Shown piece by piece: positions 56,890 to 64,000 of a stretch of DNA of 64,000 nt (its first letter is position 1; each line of letters begins with the position of its first letter). The stretch spans positions 1,472,001-1,536,000 of the forward strand of contig OY820579.1 of assembly GCA_963681965.1 (NCBI GenBank), given 5' to 3'. The notes beneath the pieces were generated by a model. The model did no database searches. It was not told where the DNA came from and saw only the letters and a program-made list of their open reading frames with translations. Source of the stretch: a bacterium (GTDB lineage Bacteria; Electryoneota; JAOADG01). The translations under genes were made by a program, and so were the position numbers.

Positions 56890-58176
56890 TTACTTCTTGT
56901 GACTAGGAATCCGATATCCGAGATCGAACAATATGACTTTGTCTTGTTGAGAATTGGCAGTTGTCAATTCCCCGGTAACTCCTGCGCTCCAATCGTTCAA
57001 CCAATACCACAATGATAGCTCCCATCGGTTGGAGTCATAGCGGCTCTCACCACCACCAAATCCGCTTTTGTACTCGTTACGTTCAATATAATATCCGAGT
57101 CGTGGTGATAAACCTGCCAACAACTCTTTCTCGAGTGAGATTGAATAACTGGAACCGCGATAATAGAGGTTGTTATTGAATCCAGCATCAATGAAGGTAT
57201 ACAACGGTTTAATCTGCTTTGTATTGGCAGTCAGACCTAGTCCATAAGATGTACCGTTGTCGTTGTTTTTTTCGCGTCGTTGGAAGCGGACATTACTATG
57301 CCAGTCGATTTGCGGGATCATCCGATAATTGATGCCCGCGGAATAATCGTAGACCGGTTCCGATTCGAATAACGTATCGGCGATGTCTCGCATCGATCTG
57401 AGTAATTTGAAACCGCGCCGAAATCCGACCGATTGTTGAAATCGCCACTTCTGACCGGAAGATTCGCTGGCGTTAATCTGGAAATTGGAAATGCGAATAC
57501 CCGACTTGTCGGAATTGTTATCGCGATAGGCAAAGTCGAGTTCCAGCGTTTGATAGAGGTAGCTTCGGGCAAATGGCGTGAAGGATAGATTTTGTGTTAA
57601 CAATCTGCGATCCAGTTTTCCCTGACACTGTTGTTCTAATATCGAAACACCCCAACTGTGTGAATAATCGATCGCGTGTCCACTTACCGCAACACCAAAT
57701 TTGCTGATATCTTTTCCTAAGCCGAAAGTGTTTAAGTCTGGTTCATTGCCACCATACACCGAAAGTTCAAGTTTCGGTTCCGGCGAATAAATGATCCGAC
57801 CGCCATCGAGAAACCCGATCCCACCGAATCCCCTGCTACCCAATCGACCGGCTTGGACATCCCATTTCGGTGAGAGTCGCCACCCGAGCCATGCTTCGTA
57901 TACTCGCGATTGTTCGATTTTCGTTGAAACATCATGGCGGATTCGCGCATCGAGTGCGCCATGGATCGATTCTGTGAACAAATGATCGACATTAACAAAT
58001 CCGCGAAACGATGGCTCGACGCGTTTTTCACCGATGTCCGGGTACAATGAGTAAACACCGACTCCGAACCGACCGGAAAATTGCGGTGGAGTCTGACTAA
58101 AGCAAAACTGCACTAGTGCGATGATAGCTAAAACAACAGTGATTAATCGATTCACTTTCCGAGCTTGGAGGATCAT
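56890..58176 (-). CDS. Outer-membrane beta-barrel (porin-like) protein
   Basis: Signal peptide, amphipathic strands with aromatic girdles, terminal ILFDLGYRI strand; ATGA overlap with the cytochrome gene. Confidence 0.75.
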   Translation of the reverse strand: MILQARKVNRLITVVLAIIALVQFCFSQTPPQFSGRFGVGVYSLYPDIGEKRVEPSFRGFVNVDHLFTESIHGALDARIRHDVSTKIEQSRVYEAWLGWRLSPKWDVQAGRLGSRGFGGIGFLDGGRIIYSPEPKLELSVYGGNEPDLNTFGLGKDISKFGVAVSGHAIDYSHSWGVSILEQQCQGKLDRRLLTQNLSFTPFARSYLYQTLELDFAYRDNNSDKSGIRISNFQINASESSGQKWRFQQSVGFRRGFKLLRSMRDIADTLFESEPVYDYSAGINYRMIPQIDWHSNVRFQRREKNNDNGTSYGLGLTANTKQIKPLYTFIDAGFNNNLYYRGSSYSISLEKELLAGLSPRLGYYIERNEYKSGFGGGESRYDSNRWELSLWYWLNDWSAGVTGELTTANSQQDKVILFDLGYRIPSHKK

Positions 58177-61100
58177 TTATTGGTTCCTCCAGTTGGAAGT
58201 TTAGGAGCTGTAGGCGATATTCCGCGCTGTGGGAGTAATCGTCCTCCACCACCACCCCTACCGTGACAAGCAGTAGTAATGCATGAATTGCTGTTGCAGA
58301 TAAATCCGGAAACTCCGTTGTGTTGGTTCTGTAGCCGGGTACATCCGTTATGGCATGTGATGCAATCGAGTTGGATATAAGTGGCAGTGTTCGGATGACA
58401 TCGGTCGCAGGATACATTGTGATCGCCGGTTAAAATAAACCAACTGTGGCTTGAGAGACGTCCTTGTTGCCAAGTCGTGTTCGACACTCCATGGCAGGGA
58501 CTGCAATTGATTCCGAAGACTGTTGGTGAAGCGGTATGATTCGCCGGATAAACCGGTTGCTGGCAATAATTCGAAGAACTTGAACTGTGACAATAGCGAC
58601 AATCCGTCGTCGCCCCGGTGATTGTTCGATTTTGGTGACAGTTTACACACGTTTGTTGGGCATGAATACCTTGCCCGAAAACACCGTCGTTGGTGTGAGT
58701 CCAGCCGTGAGTAGGTGTCCAACCATTGGTTGCGGCAGGATCATGGCAATTACCGCAATTATCGCCAATCTGTCTACGCCACAGATCGTCCTGACTTCGA
58801 GTCCAATGACACGTGAAGCAGTCGGTCGGGGTATTGGAATACTGATTGTTCACATGACATTGAACGCAAGTCGTAGTGCTGTGCCGACCATTCAAAGCAA
58901 ATACCGTGCTGTGATTAAAAGTTGCCGGTCGCCAAGCGTCCCTTCCGGGATGACAGGTTCCGCACTGAGAAGTCGGAAATATCGTCGGATTGGCGTGATG
59001 CGACGGATTGGATGTTGTGTCGTAAGCAGTAGTATGGCAGCGATAACAATCGGTCGGAGTATTCGAATAGGTTCCGTGATGACAGTCGTTGCAAGCTGCG
59101 GTAGCATGTCTTCCCGACAGTGGATAGACGGTTGTGTGGTTGAAATTCGCTTGCGTCCATTGTCCGCCGCTGGTATGACACGTTCCACACTGCGCGGTTG
59201 GAAAGATCGTCGGGTTGGCACTATGCGATGGATTCGACGTCGTATCGTATTCGGTAGTATGACAATGATAACAATTAGTCGGAGTATTCATATAGGTCCC
59301 GTGATGACACTCATTGCAGGTAGCGGTAGCGTGTCTTCCCGATAGTGGATAGACGGTTGTATGGTTGAAATTCGCTTGCGTCCATTGTCCACCACTGGTA
59401 TGACAGGTTCCGCACTGCGCGGTCGGAAATATCGTCGGGTTGGCACTATGCGATGGATTCGACGTCGTGTCGTACTCGGTTCGATGACAAGAGTAGCACA
59501 CCTGCGAAGTAGTATTATAGTTTCCGTGATGACAATCGTTACAACTTGCCGTGGCGTGTCTGCCTGTTAACGGATACACCGCAGTATGATTGAAATTCGC
59601 CTGCGACCATTGTCCACCACTGGTATGACACGTTCCGCACTGAGATGTCGGATAAACCGTCTGATTGGTACGATGTGTTGGATTAGAGGTTGTATCGTAT
59701 TCGGTTGTATGACAAGTGTAGCAATCGGATGAAGTTCCTGAATACCGCGTGGTGTGGCAACTATTGCATGCCGTCGGTTGCGGAGATGCATGACGACCGC
59801 TTAATGGAAATAAAGTGTGAGCGTAATTCGCTGCAAACCAAGTTTGATCGGCGTCGCTATGGCAGGTTGCACATTGAGTGTTGAAGCCAGCTAACTGATG
59901 GTTTGGATTTGCTGAGCTATTGTAGACAGTCTGATGGCACCCTACGCAATTCGTTTTACGCGAATCAGAAGCTGGCGTTCGAGTCGTATGGCAATCGATA
60001 CACAATTTTTGAGCATGCTTCCCTTGAAGTTGGTAATGTGCAACAGTGTTGTGGTCAAATTGCACATTTTGAGTCCAACCGCCGGTGTTGTGACATGTTC
60101 CGCAATTGGTACCGTTCGCCAATCGCCAGAGGTCGGATTGCGTTCTGGTCCAATGACAGGTATAGCAGTCGGTGGGGGTTCCGGCATACTGATTGTTCAA
60201 ATGGCACTGAGTGCAAGTAACCTGAGTTGCGTGCCGTCCGGTAAGTGGAAAGTTGGTGTGAGTGAATGTGGTTTGCTCCCAACTGGACGCCGATTGTTGA
60301 TGACAGGTTGTGCAATCGCGGGGATATGTTAGATGAGCAGGATGTTCCGCACCGGCGCGAGTGAAATCGGAGGAATGACACCCGTTACATTCTCTTGTCG
60401 TTCCGCTATAATGTCCGTTGACATGGCATTGTGTACAAGAAGTATAGGCAAGACTATGTTTTCCGACCAACGCATATGAAGTGTGGGAAAAATTCTGTGC
60501 ACGCCAGTCTGGACCGCCATTACGATGACATTGTACACACTCTGTTTTCGCGAATCCGGCAGCAGCATGATTCGGATCCGTCATCCGATCGTATTCTTTC
60601 TGGTGGCAACTGTAGCATTCGGTGGATGCATCGGCAAATCGCTGGGTCTTGTGGCACTCAGTGCAATTTGTGGTCTGATGCTTATTCTGCAGCGGAAAAT
60701 TCGTTCGTGTATGAGAGAATTGCAGGTCATTCCATCGCGAGGGTCGATGGCAATCGGTACAGGTTTGCGATAAATACCCTTGATGCACATCGGTATGACA
60801 ACGATTGCATTCCATCGGTATTCCGGCATATTTCCCGGAACTATGGCACTGTTTGCAATCTACTGACTGATGTGTCCCTTCCAGTGGAAAACGGGTCAAG
60901 CGATGATTGAAAACTATGCCACTCTTCCAACCCATCGGAGAGTGACATTGTTCGCAATTCTTCCCGAAAGTACCATTGTGGTGATCGTTTTTCGCGTGGC
61001 AATTGTTACAACTTAATTCACTGGCAGCGAATTTGAATTTGCCATCCTTGTGGCATTCGGTACAATTTGTCGTTGCATGTTTCCCGATCAAAGCAAATTG

Positions 61101-62471
61101 TGTGGTTGCGTGTTGTGTTACACCGAAATTGGATGGTTTCCAGCTTTGATTGGAATGACATTGAGTACACTGCGAACTTAGTTGTCCCTTGTGCTGGTCT
61201 TTATGGCATCCCAGGCATTCACGTTGCTGTGCGGTAAACGCAAACCGGTTGTCTTTATGGCAATCGTTACAGGCGAGGGTTGCATGTTTCCCGGCTAATC
61301 GAAAATGCGACGTGTCATGCTGCGTTTGGGTAAATGTCGAGGGTTTGAAGTGATCGACCGTATGACAAATCTGGCAATTCGTCGATAATTGACCTTTGTG
61401 TTGATCTTGATGACAACTGTTGCACTTCTTTTGATCGGATGTGAATTTGAATCGGTTTTCCTTATGACATTTATTGCACGCTTGATCCAGATGTTTTCCT
61501 GCCAGTTGAAAACCGGTCTGATTGTGTTTAACGGTAGTATAAAGCGATGGAATAAATTTTGTCTCGTTGTGACACGTCTTGCAGTCGTTGCCGAGCTGTC
61601 CTTGGTGACGGTCGGTATGACAAGCCACGCAGGAACGCTGATTGAGAACTGGTTTTAGTTTTGGATTATGACAGGCATCGCAACGTAGTAGCGCGTGTGC
61701 TTCATTTAACGTAAAACCGGTTTTTGTGTGATCGAAACCGGCTAACTTATTCCATCCACCGGGAGAGTGGCATTCAGTGCAATTTTGGTTGAATTTTCCT
61801 TTATGTGGATCGTTGTGACAAGACCGGCAGTCCTTGGATAGCGAATTCCACTTGTTTTCCTTATGGCATTGCGCGCAGGCAACTTCAACATGTTTTCCTG
61901 TTAATTTCCAGGAAGTCTTACTGTGATCAAATTGTGGCGCCGGAGTCTTCCAACCGAGATTGGAGTGACAATCGAGACATCCTCGTTTTAAATCAGAACC
62001 ATGTTGATCCTTATGACAACTCAGACATTCGGATTTTAAACCGGAATAGCTGTCTTTTTTCTTATGACATTCGGTACAATTCAGGGTTTGATGTTTTCCG
62101 TCTAATTTCCATCCGGTTTCTTCATGTTTAAATGCTTTGGGGTCCCATCGAATTAACCGTCCACTTACACCGATGTGTTCTTTATGACATGTTGCGCAAT
62201 TGCGCGATTGTTTGGCGTGGTATCCACGATTCTTGTCGATACTGGTTCGAATCCCATCATGGCAAGCAAGACAAAGATTCGTCGATATTCCTTGTTTCCC
62301 GGACCCTTCATGACATGCGACGCAATTATTGGAACCCTCCAGCGAGGAGTGAACTTTGGTCAACGGTCCCGGAGAAATAACACTGGCTACGCTGAGTTTT
62401 ATTGCTACTGCAGATAGCAGCAGTATAGCATAAAACAAGTATACCTTGGATCGGTGGAACGGAGGTTTCAT
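58173..62471 (-). CDS. Giant multiheme c-type cytochrome (56 CxxCH + 1 CX4CH)
   Basis: Signal peptide or anchor then SPGPL; heme motifs counted by hand; repeating H...H-CxxCH-CxxCH-H-CxxCH triheme units. Confidence 0.95.
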   Translation of the reverse strand: MKPPFHRSKVYLFYAILLLSAVAIKLSVASVISPGPLTKVHSSLEGSNNCVACHEGSGKQGISTNLCLACHDGIRTSIDKNRGYHAKQSRNCATCHKEHIGVSGRLIRWDPKAFKHEETGWKLDGKHQTLNCTECHKKKDSYSGLKSECLSCHKDQHGSDLKRGCLDCHSNLGWKTPAPQFDHSKTSWKLTGKHVEVACAQCHKENKWNSLSKDCRSCHNDPHKGKFNQNCTECHSPGGWNKLAGFDHTKTGFTLNEAHALLRCDACHNPKLKPVLNQRSCVACHTDRHQGQLGNDCKTCHNETKFIPSLYTTVKHNQTGFQLAGKHLDQACNKCHKENRFKFTSDQKKCNSCHQDQHKGQLSTNCQICHTVDHFKPSTFTQTQHDTSHFRLAGKHATLACNDCHKDNRFAFTAQQRECLGCHKDQHKGQLSSQCTQCHSNQSWKPSNFGVTQHATTQFALIGKHATTNCTECHKDGKFKFAASELSCNNCHAKNDHHNGTFGKNCEQCHSPMGWKSGIVFNHRLTRFPLEGTHQSVDCKQCHSSGKYAGIPMECNRCHTDVHQGYLSQTCTDCHRPSRWNDLQFSHTRTNFPLQNKHQTTNCTECHKTQRFADASTECYSCHQKEYDRMTDPNHAAAGFAKTECVQCHRNGGPDWRAQNFSHTSYALVGKHSLAYTSCTQCHVNGHYSGTTRECNGCHSSDFTRAGAEHPAHLTYPRDCTTCHQQSASSWEQTTFTHTNFPLTGRHATQVTCTQCHLNNQYAGTPTDCYTCHWTRTQSDLWRLANGTNCGTCHNTGGWTQNVQFDHNTVAHYQLQGKHAQKLCIDCHTTRTPASDSRKTNCVGCHQTVYNSSANPNHQLAGFNTQCATCHSDADQTWFAANYAHTLFPLSGRHASPQPTACNSCHTTRYSGTSSDCYTCHTTEYDTTSNPTHRTNQTVYPTSQCGTCHTSGGQWSQANFNHTAVYPLTGRHATASCNDCHHGNYNTTSQVCYSCHRTEYDTTSNPSHSANPTIFPTAQCGTCHTSGGQWTQANFNHTTVYPLSGRHATATCNECHHGTYMNTPTNCYHCHTTEYDTTSNPSHSANPTIFPTAQCGTCHTSGGQWTQANFNHTTVYPLSGRHATAACNDCHHGTYSNTPTDCYRCHTTAYDTTSNPSHHANPTIFPTSQCGTCHPGRDAWRPATFNHSTVFALNGRHSTTTCVQCHVNNQYSNTPTDCFTCHWTRSQDDLWRRQIGDNCGNCHDPAATNGWTPTHGWTHTNDGVFGQGIHAQQTCVNCHQNRTITGATTDCRYCHSSSSSNYCQQPVYPANHTASPTVFGINCSPCHGVSNTTWQQGRLSSHSWFILTGDHNVSCDRCHPNTATYIQLDCITCHNGCTRLQNQHNGVSGFICNSNSCITTACHGRGGGGGRLLPQRGISPTAPKLPTGGTNK
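58960..59715 (-). repeat. 225-bp (75-aa) tandem repeats inside the cytochrome gene
   Basis: TGAAATTCGC recurs at 59141, 59366 and 59591; near-identical peptide units. Confidence 0.9.
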
Positions 62472-62803
62472 ATAACACCACGAGCTGATACTGGATTTAG
62501 GGATTTAAATGAATGATTATCGTACAAGTAACGAAAAGATCTTCCACTCTGCAACGATTTATGTGATGATTTTGAAATAGAATTCATATCATTTAACCGT
62601 GAATTCTACAAAACACATGTTAACAAGGTCGTCACTCGTTTTCCGATAGTAAAGAAGATTGAAAACTGTTACTTTGAATTTGGATTCGTAAAATGCGTGT
62701 TATTAATTGTTGATGTTTGTCACTTCAGAATGATGAAGAAATATATTGTATATATGTAATTAATTATTCAAAGTATAAATGAATATTTGATAGGGAACTG
62801 ATT

Positions 62804-63502
62804 ATGTCGAAATTCGGACTGCTTGGAACCGCTCACCATCGCGAACCGTGGGAACGCTTTCTTCATGAGTCACAAATTGAAACCGTTGCTATCGATCGTG
62901 CACCACTCCAATCGTTACACGAATTAGAAGTTGTGATTGTCGTCGATACCGATTTTCGATCATCGGTGTTACAAAAAATTTGGTTATTCGAAGCGCATAT
63001 GGATCCAACTGCACCAATCTTTGCGAATCTGGTTGCCAGCAATGCCGCACATCTTGCTGCACTCTGTACGAAGCATCCCGAACGTGTTCTGGGGTTTGCC
63101 TGTTGTCCGCCATTGGGTAAGTATGCCATCGAAATTTCTCGAACCGAATTGACAAGCGAGACGACTTTTCAAGCGGGTTTGAACTATCTGGAACAAATGC
63201 ATCTACCGATACATCTAGTTGCCGATCGTGCCGGAGGGATCTTTTCTCGAACCTTGGCAATGTTAATCAATGAAGCTTGTGTGATGTTACAGGAAGGAAT
63301 TGCAGATTCTGATAGCATCGATTGTGCAATTCGCCATGAATCCGATTTGCCGCATGGTGCACTGGATTGGGGTGAAGCGATCGGCTCCGCGTATCTTCTA
63401 GACGTACTGCAAGGTATTTTCGATGAGACTGGAGATAGTCGTTATCGACCGTCTGCCTACTTAAAGCGTTGTGTCGATCTGAATATATCGTTGAAGCATT
63501 GA
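62804..63502 (+). CDS. 3-hydroxyacyl-CoA dehydrogenase family protein with degenerate N-terminal domain
   Basis: HPERVLGF, DRAGGIFSRTLAMLINEA, IDCAI, RYRPSAYL; no GxGxxG. Confidence 0.75.
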   Translation: MSKFGLLGTAHHREPWERFLHESQIETVAIDRAPLQSLHELEVVIVVDTDFRSSVLQKIWLFEAHMDPTAPIFANLVASNAAHLAALCTKHPERVLGFACCPPLGKYAIEISRTELTSETTFQAGLNYLEQMHLPIHLVADRAGGIFSRTLAMLINEACVMLQEGIADSDSIDCAIRHESDLPHGALDWGEAIGSAYLLDVLQGIFDETGDSRYRPSAYLKRCVDLNISLKH

Positions 63503-63515
63503 GATTTTGGTAGGA

Positions 63516-64000
63516 TTAAATCGCAGATAAATCGTCAGAAGTCACTTCGGAACTAGGCTTATCCCACAAAATAGTTCCACATTTAAGGGCGATGATACGG
63601 TTACAGACTGTCATGAGTAATTCATGATCATGACCGGCGATCGCATACCCTCCCGGATGCTGTGCGAGTACTTTCGCAATTGCGAGACTTCCTGCCGGGT
63701 CCAGTGCTGCAGTCGGTTCATCCCACAGCAAAAAAGTATCTTCCGAATGAAGCGTTGCTGCCAATGCCACCCGACGTGCCTCGCCACCCGAAAGGGAATA
63801 GGGATCGCGATGCAGAAACTGTTCCGGTTCCAATCCAAATTTCAGTAGTCGCTCGCTGGCAATCTTTTCGCTTACGACGGGATCGGGTCCGCCGATCTCT
63901 TCCCGAACATTCATCGTCAGAAATGCTTGTTCCTGAAATTGGAAGGAGAGCGATGTGAGGGGAAATCCGGATGACTTGTCAATCCTGCCACGATCCGGTT
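63516..64000 (-). CDS. ABC ATPase, ECF-transporter A-component-like (3' part; 5' end outside window)
   Basis: RDPYSLSGGEARRVALA, LLWDEPTAALDP, GHD switch. Confidence 0.8.
   Translation of the reverse strand, partial: PDRGRIDKSSGFPLTSLSFQFQEQAFLTMNVREEIGGPDPVVSEKIASERLLKFGLEPEQFLHRDPYSLSGGEARRVALAATLHSEDTFLLWDEPTAALDPAGSLAIAKVLAQHPGGYAIAGHDHELLMTVCNRIIALKCGTILWDKPSSEVTSDDLSAI

Noticed and set aside
58587-59345. 252-aa plus-strand ORF with internal repeats
   Set aside because: Antisense shadow of the repeated cytochrome gene; no RBS or recognisable motifs.
58960-59715. Possible CRISPR-like periodic repeats
   Set aside because: The period is 225 bp, in frame within a CDS, with no unique spacers and no cas genes.
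62710-62723. FNR/CRP-like site TTGAT-N4-GTCAC upstream of the cytochrome cluster
   Set aside because: Only 8 of 10 positions match, in very AT-rich DNA about 240 bp from the start codon; not distinguishable from background.

Overview
Bacterial chromosomal window from a diderm (FlgH/FlgI L and P rings and an outer-membrane beta-barrel are present). The lineage cannot be fixed from sequence alone. Bases 1-33.5 kb are a + strand flagellar cluster: fapA-like, fliPQR, flhBAFG, fliA, flgFGAHIJNKL, a six-gene glycosyltransferase island, fliC, fliD, fliS and flgM. It has sigma-54 promoters before flhA and flgF and a sigma-28-like promoter before fliC. Bases 33.7-54.3 kb hold mixed genes: secreted proteins, mug, an FKBP, a CapA-family protein, tRNA-Glu(CTC), proline dehydrogenase, a 6-PAS hybrid kinase, a PNGase F-like plus GH20 pair, and hicBA. 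Bases 54.4-62.5 kb hold the most striking system, a four-gene minus-strand cluster. It encodes a 1432-aa cytochrome c with 56 CxxCH plus 1 CX4CH motifs (19 triheme modules, counted by hand), a beta-barrel, a 4-His cytochrome-b-like membrane protein, and a membrane-anchored ferredoxin fused to a circularly permuted TrxR-like flavoprotein. Together these look like a complete NAD(P)H-to-cell-exterior electron conduit. Second-ranked oddities are a glycosyltransferase fused to a FlgN chaperone paralog inside a duplicated GT2-GT9-CgeB cassette, a FliA with an AT-hook, a double-domain FlgM, and two RNA-structure switches flanking fliC. All family calls come from motifs recognised by eye; no database search was run.
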